A stretch of 63,350 nucleotides of DNA, the filler included, from Octopus bimaculoides (taxonomy: Eukaryota), in assembly GCF_001194135.2 (NCBI RefSeq). It is 6 parts of 6 records of this genome, joined end to end, with 100 filler letters (N's around TTAATTAATTAA, not from the genome) between each part and the next. Parts side by side here need not be neighbours in the genome. Positions count along the whole stretch, not along the records: positions 5,741 to 26,579 come from NC_069003.1; positions 26,680 to 42,475 come from NC_068992.1; 4 more parts are not named here. One strand, 5' to 3'. Every line of letters begins with the position of its first letter. Position 1 is the first letter of the stretch. Shown one piece after another: positions 24,837 through 36,231 of the stretch. Under the pieces are notes generated by a model. It saw only the letters and a list, made by a program, of their open reading frames with translations. It was not told where the DNA came from and ran no database searches. Position numbers and translations under genes: made by a program.

Positions 24837-25650
24837 TCAGGTCATCCCATAAGTTCTGTCCGATTTTACCTTTTTTAAAATTGAATGAAATTTAATAGTA
24901 TTTTAGAATGTCTAATGGAATTAAAAATTATTTTTATGCATTTGTGTACATTTAAACTAATTAAATATTATTTTACAGAATAATAGAATTAAAATTTTTT
25001 TGATTAAAACCCTTTCTAACATGGAAGTATCCAAAGAGCATTTAAGGCACAATGCTTTATGAGTACAAAAAAAGGAAACTCTGCAGCCGAAGCGACTCGA
25101 AACATACACTCAGTTTATGGGAAAGAATGCTTGAATGAAAGAACTTGCAGAAGATGGTGTGCAAAATTCAGAAGTGGAGATTTCAACCTTGAAGATGAAG
25201 ATCAAACAGGACGTCCAGTTGAGTTTGATGATAAGCTCCTTGAGGCATTACTTGAAGAAAATCCTGCATTATCAGTTGAAGAATAGGCAATAAAGCTTAG
25301 TTCAAACCGTACAAGTGTTCATCGTCATCTTAACAACTAGGAAAGATTCCTAAACTTGGAAAATGAGTACCTCATGAATTGTTTGAAAGCAACCGCAAAT
25401 CCCAAGTTGACATCTGCTCTTCTTTCCATTCTTGCAAACTCATTTCACCCGTTTTGGACAGACTTGTGACTGGTGATGAAAATGGATCTTCTATCAAAAT
25501 GTTAAATGTTGTAAACAGTGGCTTGGTAAAAGGGAAAAAGCTCAACCACAACCGAGAAGGGAACTTCAAGGAAAAAAGGTTCTCTCTGTCTGGTGGGATT
25601 GCAAAAGAGTAATTCGCTTTGAATTGCTACCACCTAATGCAACAATCAGT
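24837..25650 (+). mobile_element. Mariner transposon, 5' half (left TIR + transposase to mid-catalytic domain), inserted at a TA inside the LINE
   Basis: TA at 24835-24836, then tcaggtcatcccataag. ATG at 25021: MEVSKEHLRH..YEYKKGNSAAEATRNI..RTCRRWCAKFRSGDFNLEDEDQTGRP..(W)VPHEL..VTGDE. Confidence 0.9.
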
Positions 25651-26236
25651 CGGCAAGACATATGCAGGAAGACAAAGGTGTACAAGGCATGTGTGCTCTC
25701 TTCTCTTCTTTATGCCTGCGAGACGTGGGTCACATATCGATACCACCTTAAACAACTGGAACGTTTCCATCAGATGTGTCTCAGACGGATCTATAGCATT
25801 AATTGGAAGGACCGCATCAGTGATCTTGAAATATTGGAAAGCTCTCGGTGTGAAAGTATAGAAGCTCTTGTGTTAAAGCAAAGGCTCAGACGGAGTGGTC
25901 ATCTGGTCAAAATGAAGGATTCAAGGATGCCAAAACAACTCTTTTATGGAGAGTTAGCTAAAGGAGAACAACCTCCACATAAACCAAAAAAGAGGTATAA
26001 GTACTTGTTGAAGGTTTCCTTATGAGATGCTTGCATCTCTCCTGACACATGGGAAAGCATAGCTATTGACCGTAGCAGGTGGAGAAGGATTGTGCATGAG
26101 GGGACAGCTACTTTTGAGAAATCTCGAGTTGTGCATGAGAAAGTAAGGAGGGATGTTAGGAAGGGCATCGCTGTTGCACTTCCAGATGGTAAGGGTCTTC
26201 CTAAGATGCTGACATGCAGTGTCTGTAATATATGTG
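25651..26236 (+). mobile_element. RTE family A-like copy 2, 3' ORF portion up to the start of a zinc finger
   Basis: TKVYKACVLSSLLYACETW..LERFHQMCLRRI..RLRRSGHLVKMKDSRMPKQLFYGEL..LTCSVC. Confidence 0.9.
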
Positions 26237-26239
26237 ACA

Positions 26240-26579
26240 ATTATTCGTAATACGGGTGACGAGGCTATAGCCGACACTGCCAGATATTTTGAGCATCTCT
26301 GCAGTGATTCCTGATGGGCCGGGGGCTTTCCCTGTCTTCATACTCTTAATTGCTTTATCTACCATGGTACTGTCAACTTGGATAGCTGGTCCCTCTGTTG
26401 GGTCGACATACGGCAGACTCTTTCTCCCATTCATTCTCTTTATTAAGCAATCTATCGTAGTGGCATCTCCAAACCTCTTTCTTTGCAGTCTCATTTAGTG
26501 CAAGCGTACCATCATCCATGCGAACACATTTCTCTCCTACGACATCACTATTCTCTCTCCTACACTGTCTTGCAACATG
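26240..26579 (-). mobile_element. RTE family B internal fragment, antisense to the host LINE
   Basis: EGPAIQVDSTMVDKAIKSMKTGKAPGPSGITAEMLK; matches 10830-11130. Confidence 0.9.
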
Positions 26580-26679
26580 NNNNNNNNNNNNNNNNNNNNN
26601 NNNNNNNNNNNNNNNNNNNNNNNTTAATTAATTAANNNNNNNNNNNNNNNNNNNNNNNNNNNNNNNNNNNNNNNNNNNN
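26580..26679. other. Artificial 100-nt scaffold spacer
   Basis: 44N-TTAATTAATTAA-44N. Confidence 0.9.
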
Positions 26680-26732
<53 letters not shown>

Positions 26733-28179
26733 TATATATATATACCTGGATATAATACTAAAGTTCAGCAGTAAAAGGAACCGTGTCTATACACAAAAAT
26801 CCTCACACACAACGCTCACAAACACACACACACACATACACACACACACCCACACACATACACACACATTTGAATGCTTAGTCATTTATCATGAACGTCT
26901 TGCACGAACAGTGATGAAATATCTTGACACTAGGAAAATTTAAACTTGTAGTTTTTGGGATCACAGATTTTCTTTTGCCAAAAGACAGAAGCAAAATAGA
27001 CCAAATAAATATTACAGTGAATCGAACTGGGAACCATAAAGCAGGTCACTGATTACAAAGCAATTTACAGCACACACGCGCTCACACAATTATACACACT
27101 GCTTTACGCGCATATGTACATATGTATATCCCAAAACACAACGATTATTGAAAAATGAATAGACATATATATATATATATTTATATATTTANNNNNNNNN
27201 NNNNNNNNNNNNNNNNNNNNNNNNNNNNNNNNNNNNNNNNNNNNNNNNNNNNNNNNNNNNNNNNNNNNNNNNNNNNNNNNNNNNNNNNNNNNNNNNNNNN
27301 NNNNNNNNNNNNNNNNNNNNNNNNNNNNNNNNNNNNNNNNNNNNNNNNNNNNNNNNNNNNNNNNNNNNNNNNNNNNNNNNNNNNNNNNNNNNNNNNNNNN
27401 NNNNNNNNNNNNNNNNNNNNNNNNNNNNNNNNNNNNNNNNNNNNNNNNNNNNNNNNNNNNNNNNNNNNNNNNNNNNNNNNNNNNNNNNNNNNNNNNNNNN
27501 NNNNNNNNNNNNNNNNNNNNNNNNNNNNNNNNNNNNNNNNNNNNNNNNNNNNNNNNNNNNNNNNNNNNNNNNNNNNNNNNNNNNNNNNNNNNNNNNNNNN
27601 NNNNNNNNNNNNNNNNNNNTATATATATATATATATATGTATACATATTCATGCATAGTCTTTTGATTATTTCAATAATCGTTGCGACGCTTCTCTCGTG
27701 CGTATCAGCAACACTCTATTCTTTCTCTGTCGTATATCGATCTCCATTTTGAATCTGTAATGACGAAACGTGACGATTGGGACATTGCCAACGATTAGTA
27801 AAACACAGCTCAGTCGCTAAATTTATGTTAATCCAATAATCTTTTCTATTAACTCCATTTGCTCGCATACTGTTTTTGAAGTAAAACATTGCAAATTCAT
27901 ATTGTTGTTGTTGTTTTAATTTTTTTCGTTGTTGCTGTTGTTGTTGTTTTTATTCTTTTTGTGTATACATTCTGTTTGCTTCATAATGCCGCGGTGCATC
28001 TCTAAGTTGGTTGTTGTTTGATATACTTTTGATTTCTATACTAATTTCATCCGTTGGTCTCTGGTATTCTTTTACACCAAAAGATCAATAAAGTTCTCGG
28101 TTAAAAACTGCTACTGGAAAATCTTGGGATCCATTAGCAAATATCAGCAAAGAAATGACCAGAAAAATAAGGATGTCTT

Positions 28180-28660
28180 TTAGCTTTGGCCTTTGACTGT
28201 CCTGCACTGTTCTTTTAACAATGATTGAAGTGAAATGAGAAACTCCCTACAGCATCCAAATAGCTTAATTATATTATCTCTGTGTCTCTCCCATTGTCTC
28301 CTTTCTTTAAAAGAAAAAGAAAATTCCACTAAGCAAGATGACAGTATGCTTGAAACCAATGACACAAAAACAGGCAGGGTTTTGTTAGAATCTTTAGAGT
28401 GTTCGAGTACATAGTGGACGGAATTCTTTCTGCTTTCTTGCATTTGAATTTCAAGTTTCTTTCATGTCATCTTCACCTTTTATCATTCCGGGCTTGGCAA
28501 AGCAAAGTACCAGTCGAGATCAGTAATTTGTCTATGAAAGGCGCATTAGATATCTTCTTCGGCTTTTTGTCTTTGAGTTCTGAGTGGAAATCCCGTCGTG
28601 CTTCCGTTGCATGGTAAAATTAGTCTGTGATCTGGTATAACACTAGTATCATGTTTTTTC
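28180..28660 (-). pseudogene. Highly decayed non-LTR retrotransposon RT-like fragment
   Basis: Frame-switching translation gives KCKKAE..LKKGD..DNIIKLFGCCREF, loosely matching the K-A-G-D...F-KKGD...NYRGI-LL-C-GK pattern. Weak. Confidence 0.3.
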
Positions 28661-29490
28661 AGGCACCCAACAGTGAGGTCAGCTCTATTGAATGGTTATA
28701 GGTCATTTCTCAAGATATCTTCTGTGCTTGCCATCAGTCCGGGAAAATTTGGTTTGGTCGTTGTCTTTCATGTTAAGCAAGCAATAAACTTACTGTTATA
28801 AATACGAATATAGTAGAAGACAAAATTGATTAATTTAATCCAAGTACATGATTATGTCGATCCCAGATTAAAAAGGAAAAATATTACATTGTGTGGTTTC
28901 AGATAAGCTAAGGCTGTCTGCGATAGATGAGATTACCACGGCTAATATATACTCCATGAAAATGTTGCTTTGCAGTGGCTGATAAAGCGCAAAGTACCAA
29001 CAGCATCCACTAAGTGTCATTTCACTTTTGTTCTTAAATGTGTGTTAAAATAACTGAGCTTCTTGGACCTCCTTCGAGATGATAAATCTGTAGGATCAGA
29101 GTTAAGCTGGGAATAAACCACCACCAGAAGAATGATTATTTATAAAAGTATTGTATAATGGAGATTTAGATATATTTCAGCGACTATATATCAACAGAGT
29201 AAAATCATATAATTAAGATCAGGAATAAAGTATGTTAAAAATTATAGTGACATAAAAGATAATTGGAAATCAGAATTTATGGGGTTTATTCTATGCTAGA
29301 CATAAAAGCATTCCCTGCTAAAGAAGAATAGCAAAGTAACAATGAATTATAAATTATGAAAATGCGATAACTAAGAAAACACATCCTCAAATAATATTAA
29401 TTGGTGGAACAGATTGTATCCCAAGATGATATGATATATTTCAGTGGATATTTATCAGTAGATCAACTTATATAACTGAAAGAAAGGATA

Positions 29491-29670
29491 AGGCGGCAAG
29501 CTAGCAGAATCGCTAGCATAACGGATAGAATACTTTCAGAGTTCAAATTCCGCCGAAGGCAGCATGCCATTCATCGTTTCGGAAGAAATAAAATAAGTAA
29601 CATTTGGGTCGATGTAATCGACTAACACACTTCCTCGAGATTTCAAGCCTTGTGCTTATAATAGAAAGGA
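29491..29670 (+). mobile_element. SINE family 2 (internal deletion in head)
   Basis: aaggcggcaagctagcagaatcg..gagttcaaattccgccga..gccttgtgct. Confidence 0.85.
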
Positions 29671-29692
29671 TAAAATGTTGTAAACTTATAAT

Positions 29693-29911
29693 CTTTTCTA
29701 CTCTAGGCACAAGGCCCGAATTTTTTCTTGGTGGAGGGGGGCAGTTGATTAGATCGACCTCAATACGCAACTGGTACTTAATTTATCGACCCCCGAAAGG
29801 ATGAAAGACAAAGTCGACCTCGGCAGAATTTGAACTCAGAACATAAAGACAGATGAAATACCGCTAAGCATTTCGCCCGGCGTGCTAACGTTTCTGCCAG
29901 CTCGTCGCCTT
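29693..29911 (-). mobile_element. SINE family 2, full length
   Basis: Reverse complement has A-box-like tggcagaaacg and B-box gagttcaaattc. Confidence 0.9.
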
Positions 29912-31409
29912 CAAAATGATGTAAAGTTATAATGATGGAAAATGTAATATCGCAATTGTTTTGGGTTCGATCCATATCAGGTCTCTTTCAACATAAACAA
30001 GACCCGTTCAAAACATTCGAGTAAATTATGGTAAATAGGAAGTACATAGAACCACATGTAAGGAACAGTTTATTCTCGGAGTGTAGGCTTAATCAACCAT
30101 CGAGTTTAACAGAACAACCTAGCTCTTAAGTGCTGCATTATGAGTACTTGTATTAGATTATTGGTTTAGGATTATCTCCAGTGCCTCTCGCCCGGAGTGT
30201 CAGGATTCGTTAAAAAGGATATATGAAGCTAGGCATACTTGACTGAGTAAATGAACAAGGCATAAAAACGTTGAGAATAAACAAATGAAATATGAAACCG
30301 GAATTAGATTTTACAGATGAACCATGAAAGCGGGTGGATTATCGTGCAGACCTAAGAGTAATGGATTTGAGAAATCAGTGTGTAAAAGTGGATGAAATTA
30401 ATACAGTTCATTTTGCCAGCCACTCCACTGAGTCAAAATTTTGGCCTCAATGACACTCCTTTGATATTTCCCGAATCGATGAAAAAAATACCAGTAATAT
30501 ACTACGTTGCATCAAAAGATATGTTAATGATTATAATCGATCGATGTTTTCATGTTGATAATACCAATACTAAATAGAAGAAAACGTTAGTGAGGATGGG
30601 TTGTCTCCCTTGAACCAGCGATTAATTGGAAGTGGGAATCTATTTCGTAAGGTCTCTTATGAGCCTAATCAGCGAACAGAGAACTCCAATTTTGCAGGAG
30701 GTAGCGCTTGAAATGGATACATTGTGCGAATATTTCTTTACGAATTTTATCTCACTGTCGCTTGATGAGAAAACGAAACAGAGAAAAAAAAAAGAACACA
30801 AGTGCTAAAACATTTCAAGGTGGTGCCCAAACATGGCTGCAGTCCAATGACTGAAACAAGTTTAATAGAAAAGATAAATGCTGTTAATTGTGAAACTAAA
30901 AGTGTGTGAAATAACGAAAAAAAAAAAAACAAACAAACTGCGTCCGCTGTCTATGCCTTGCGTCATTTAGTTACGAATCTTTCTATGCGTGATTATTAGC
31001 TTCAGTCGTAAATCTAAGACGCGAAACTCTACACTATACCAACATCTGGTCATAGTCTAAGATTACATATGAGCAGAAATTTGTGGAACTGAGCCAATTG
31101 CTGGTTTAGTCATTAATTCGCAAGAGGGCTGGCCAGTGAGTGAGAAGGAGATTATAATCGAGAATAAGGATGTGCGTTAAGTTTCCAAATTTTGATTGTG
31201 ATAGAACCTGCTGCAAAAGTCTATAGTTCCAGGTCAGAACTAACAACGATTAATGCATAAGATATTGACTGTTGACGTAGAAATTCTTTGGAAAAATTGG
31301 AAGAAAATTGAGCTGAATAATTAGTAACCTTAATTGCAGAATTGGGCAGTGGTCGCCAGATATTAATAAGGCCAAACAGTTATAGCTAGATAGATAAATG
31401 GATGGACAG

Positions 31410-31470
<61 letters not shown>

Positions 31471-31475
31471 TAGAG

Positions 31476-31507
<32 letters not shown>

Positions 31508-32301
31508 GACAAATAGATAGATAGGTGGATGGATGAGTAGATAGACAGATAAAAATGAGACACGGCGGCTTGCTTACACTCTTTGTACCAAGTTGTATTT
31601 GAACCATCGACATGTAGTGTGCATCAGTTTTCTGTCCCGTGTGTGTTCCGAGCTTGGCTCCCTGCGATGAACTTACCTGTCCGTTCCCTGCCTTTTTCCA
31701 TAAAATTAATCACCAATACCAAATATCATATTGGAAACCAGTCTAGTTGTACAACTGGGAATGAGATCCTTGGTTTCTTGTCCGTAGATGCATGTATTTG
31801 TCACTCTTATAGACAACAGTTTGATGTATTTTGTGCAATTATTACCATCGAAATTTTCATTTTATTCATTAGATTCATATGTCAAAAGTAAGCTGTTTAT
31901 TTTTTATTACGCCTCGCGTATATTAAATTCATGTTCGTTTCTGTAATGCATCAGTACCTATCATTTATCGTCTTTTGGTTGAGAATTTTGTATAATATAG
32001 ATGTGTTGTCTGGTAATGTTTACATACCTAGTATTTTGTGTTGTGTGATGTGCATTGCAATTGGTTTTTGCTGTAAATGGATAATAATCCAATGGAAGAT
32101 ATTTAGTTTTGTAAGGTTAGTATGAATAGTTAGTGCCAGGAAGACTATAACAAACTCGTTTGCAATCGAAAATATATTTGAAATGTTGTTAGTATTACTC
32201 TGCAGATAATATTTTCCAGTATTTGCAACACTTATGCATAGAGAAATAATATATTTCTAAATCTCTCAGAGAGATTTATGCAGTAGCAGCACGATAAAGA
32301 T

Positions 32302-32542
32302 ATAGTATGTTGTCACCTTAATGTGACAATCCCATAAAAGGGAATAACGCTACGGTTATTTAGCCCTAAGAAACACCGCTTTGTGTTGGACTTGACACAT
32401 TTCCTGTGCTTGTCTCCACTCTGAGAACATAAGGACACAGGAAATATGTCAAGTCCAACAGGAAACAGTCTTTCCTAGGGCTAAATAAAAGTAGCATTCT
32501 TCCCTTTTATGGGACTGTCACATTAAGTTGACAACATACTAT
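32302..32542. mobile_element. Fold-back element (~240-bp near-perfect palindrome)
   Basis: atagtatgttgtca..ttaatgtgaca.tcccataaaaggga...gttggacttgacacatttcctgtg mirrored around a ~27-nt loop at ~32409-32436. Confidence 0.85.
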
Positions 32543-32682
32543 CACGTTTTCTTATGCGTACCTCATACAAAATATAACATCTTCATACGGCTTTGGATGT
32601 GCATCAAGAGTACGCAGTTTCAATTTTAATACTATCTCTATAATATTTCTCATGGATATACAACATATGTACATTCATTTCA

Positions 32683-32800
32683 AAGAGCCAGACTTGTCAC
32701 ATTCTGTGTCATGCTGAATCTCACTAAGAAATACGCTAAAAGTACGTGTGTTTGTGGAGTACTCAGCCACTTGCACGTTAACTTCACTTGCAGACTGCAC
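32683..32800 (+). mobile_element. SINE family 3 internal fragment
   Basis: cttgtcaca.tctgtgtca.gctgaatctc..ctcagccacttgcacgttaa, matching the reverse complement of 35330-35390. Confidence 0.6.
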
Positions 32801-32840
32801 CAGTTTCATATATACACGGAGTACCAGTTTCACATATGTG

Positions 32841-32893
<53 letters not shown>

Positions 32894-32982
32894 GTTAAAA
32901 TGTGCAGAAAACAAAAGATGAAGACAGGCGAAGGAACAAAATGCAGGGATATTAGTTTAACGCTCGAGAAGTGTCAACATGT

Positions 32983-33016
32983 CTTTGATGTTTCGAGCCT
33001 ACGCTCTTCGATAGAA
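32983..33016 (-). ncRNA. Decayed minimal hammerhead-ribozyme-like motif
   Basis: Minus strand ttCTATCGA-A-GAGC-gtag-GCTC-GAAA-C-ATC-aaag. Stem II is perfect; the core differs from CUGANGA at two positions. Confidence 0.45.
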
Positions 33017-33291
33017 TGTATTGAAAGGAAAAAAAAAATCTCAAAAATAAAACGGACAGAGAGAACAAATGTGTAGGGGTTCAACGTATGTTTATATATA
33101 TATATATATATATCATTACTAATTTGTTCGTGGGTTCATGTGATTGTGGTTGTTGTGGAGAAGAAAGATATGTAATTTAGAAGCCTTATAATATATACTT
33201 AGCTTTAATTTTTTCACTTGGTAAATTGTATTTTGCATTTCTCTCAGAGGATTTCGATAGCACATTACTCTCTTCTATAATTAGTATTGAA

Positions 33292-33528
33292 AGTGTTTAT
33301 AAGCCATTCAAAACAAACAAAAACCGTTAGATTCACTTCAAGATTTAAACTTAATTTGTGTTAAAATATTTTCGTCACTTTGAAACTGCGATTTGTTCAC
33401 TGACATTATTTCGTGGTCAGTGAACAGGTCGCGGTCTCAAAGCGAGGAAAATATTTTGACACAAATTAAATTTAAATGTTGAAATGAATCTAACGGTTAT
33501 TGTGTGTTTTTAAAAGGCGCATAAACAC
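33292..33528. mobile_element. Fold-back element (~240-bp palindrome)
   Basis: gtgtttat..aaccgttagattca.ttcaa.atttaaa.ttaatttgtgt.aaaatatttt..gttcactgac / gtcagtgaac..ataaacac. Confidence 0.85.
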
Positions 33529-33847
33529 CATCCACGCTGCAATTGTTTTTGTTTTAACACATCATCTCAGATCAAGTCACTTGCTATGCAAGTACATCTC
33601 CAAGATATAATTAGTATATTTCTCATTTACATTTCATGTTTGGTTTATGTATTTGTGTACTTCTAATAGTCATGATATTCGACCATTTTGTTGTATTGTA
33701 TATTTTCTTCACAATTCTTTATGTTTTGGTGTATTGTTTGAACTACCGTTGTTGACTGAGGTCTGTTTTATTTTGCAGATCTCTTTATCTTTTCCTTATT
33801 TACATTATTTACATTTGACGGATATTTGTACTCATCTTGGTAGTTGC

Positions 33848-33894
33848 TAACACAACGTTTCGGCTGATATACTCTCCAGTCTTTATCAGATGCC
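33848..33894 (-). ncRNA. Second hammerhead-like motif on the opposite arm (G8 to A mutated; stem I retained with wobbles)
   Basis: Minus strand ggcat-CTGATAA-a-GACTG-gagagtatat-CAGCC-GAAA-CGT-T-gtgtt. Confidence 0.55.
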
Positions 33895-33911
33895 TCGGAG
33901 AAATTTCGAAT

Positions 33912-33952
33912 CTGATGACGGCTGGAGGGTATATCAGCCGAAACGTTGTGTT
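33912..33952 (+). ncRNA. Minimal type-I hammerhead ribozyme-like motif (core intact, stem I 5' strand missing)
   Basis: CTGATGA-c-GGCTG-gagggtatat-CAGCC-GAAA-CGT-T-gtgtt: conserved core, 5-bp stem II, palindromic ACGU stem III, GUU cleavage triplet. Confidence 0.65.
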
Positions 33953-34129
33953 AACAACAAACAGGATGAGGACAAATATACGTGAAATGTAAATAATGTA
34001 AATAATCTACATATTTCCTCATCTCTTAAATATAGAACTGTACTCTTTATCCGTTACTTTATTTGTGGTTGATAGTGTAAATGCCCTTCTCGGCCTTCAT
34101 ATCTCTCTGGTCATTCATTATTTCCATGC

Positions 34130-34700
34130 AAATATATAGGTTTATTTGTGAGTGGGGTTTAAATGGACGCCTTGCCTCTCTTGATTTCTGTGTGAATGTT
34201 TATGTCTCGATTTAGAATTATTGAGCCGTCGTGGCGTTTACTGTTATTATAAAGGGCGCTGAATTAAAAAGAAAAGTCTTCTAAGTCTTCTTTAATTCCT
34301 CACCGTTTTCCGGTGCATCCTTTAGATTGCGTGTGCCGTATACACATAAATATCTCATATGCATAGCTTTTTAAAGTCTTAGTACACTTTTGCTCTCTCT
34401 AATGAATGTGAATGTGAGTCTTTTGGGAGAATTCATAGCTACTTAATGTTATTGATTAATATATTTCTATGCGAACACCGAAAATATTTTTTCTGTTGTA
34501 AGGTGCACATACGATTTCTTCAGTGCGTTGTGCGTTGCTGTGGGTAGGTGAAGTCATGCTCGTTTGTATGCACTGGTACATATAGTGCATATTGTCTGTG
34601 CCAATTGAATTTTGGAAAATAGACCTATTACGGCAAAGTCGGTGATGTTGACGATTTCTCCGTTTTCTTCTTTGATCTCTAGAAACTATTCGGATGATAA
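34130..34700 (-). pseudogene. Highly decayed non-LTR RT fragment (RTE/CR1-like)
   Basis: Fragmentary peptides LTFTF..KA and ALYNNS..IILNRDINIHTEIKRG in RT motif order; many stops. Confidence 0.3.
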
Positions 34701-35261
34701 AATAATTTATATCTCCCGTGTGTATCGTTTAATAATAACATTGCTTAATTGCTTAGCGATCTTGCGTCTAAGTGTATTTATTTAATTGTGATTCAACGGA
34801 TGTTTATTTATTTATTATTGATTTATCTTTTTTTTTTTGCGGTGTTTAGTAAATAATCACCGGAGAAAAATTGCTCTTTATCCAAATACAAACAAAAACC
34901 TCTACATTTGCGTTTATCTCTGAAATTAGTTCATCCAGATTAACTTTCATAGAATAGTATTGCGTTTATAAATTATTATAAATTAGTATATGCAGTTCAG
35001 TAACATGAATAACTTTTGTAATATGTACGGCATATATCATGACTGTGAATGTTTAAATGTACACATTTTGAGAGTTGTTAAGTACCTACTTAGAAAAGCA
35101 TTTTAATTTTCATTCAACTTATTAGATAAGGTGATTTGCATTGAAAGTATTAGATAAGGTAATTCATAGAGGGATAAGACTTCACCAACACCAGATTCTG
35201 AGACAATTAATGAGTCAAGCTATAGAACAATACACTAGCAGAAGAAGAAGTAAGACAGGCA

Positions 35262-35548
35262 CTTTGTCGATTACGAAGTCGAGTGTTTCAGTTGATCCGA
35301 TCAAATGAAACAGCCTGTTCGTTAGATTAACGAGCAAGTCAGTGACTGAGTGACCCACATATAATTTTTAACAGACTGTGACAAGGCCGGTCCTTTAAAT
35401 TGCAGGTGCAACACATTTTTGCCAGCGGACTGGACTGGAGCAATGTCAAAACAAATGTCTTGCTCGGGGGGTGGGCGGCAGAACGCACTGCCGGGAATCG
35501 AATTCACGACCGTGAACTGAATACACTAACCACTAAACCACTTACCTT
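35262..35548 (-). mobile_element. tRNA-derived SINE family 3, near full length
   Basis: Minus strand: A-box-like tggtttagtggttag, B-box-like gaattcgattccc, then gagcaagaca..ttgctccagtcc..ctggcaaaaatg. Confidence 0.75.
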
Positions 35549-35592
35549 CGCAGCAGAAGAATTAGGATCAAATCAATGTAACAGATAGACTA

Positions 35593-36003
35593 AGTCGGTG
35601 TGCTGGCAGAATAGTTAAGTCGCCGTGCGAAATGCTTGAGTTCAAATTCCACCGAGGTCGATTTTGCCTTTCATCTTTTCGGAGATCGATAAATTAAGTA
35701 CCATTTCCCTATGGTGATCGATCTAATCAACTGGCCCCCCCTTCCTCCAAAATTTCGGGCCTTGTGCCTAGAGCTGAAAAGAATATTCATTTGTAAATAA
35801 GGCGGTGAGCTGCCAGAAACCTTATCACTCGGGGCGAAAAGCTTAGCGGTGTTTCGTCTGTCTTTGTGTTCTGAGGTCAAATTCTGCTGAGGTCGACTTT
35901 GCCTTTCATCCTTTCAGGCTCGACAAATTAGGTACTAGTTGCGTACTTGGGTCGATCTAATCGACTGGTCTCACTCCCCCAAAATTTCGAGCCTTGTGCC
36001 TTA
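35593..36003 (+). mobile_element. Two tandem SINE family 2 copies
   Basis: Heads at ~35593 and ~35800; each ends in gccttgtgcc. Confidence 0.85.
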
Positions 36004-36231
36004 ACACATCAAGAAAACAAGAATTACACAATTTACCAGAGGAATTAAAATACGTGTTGATTATGAAACAGATGAACACCATAACAAAATCACTGAAATA
36101 TTGAACACACCATTACTTCAAATCACCAATAAATTCTAATCTCTCACACGTGTTTTCGGTCCACCAATGCTGATGGTGGTATAATTCTGTTTATATAGCA
36201 TCTCTTATCTTTTATTATACATCTTCAACTT

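Larger units (their letters stand above)
33796..34005. mobile_element. Fold-back element whose two arms each carry a hammerhead-like motif
   Basis: Arms 33796-33889 and 33912-34005 are reverse complements at high identity. Confidence 0.85.

Noticed and set aside
30180-30400. Possible decayed RTE 3' ORF remnant (..ADLRVMDL..)
   Set aside because: Too few conserved residues to support a call.
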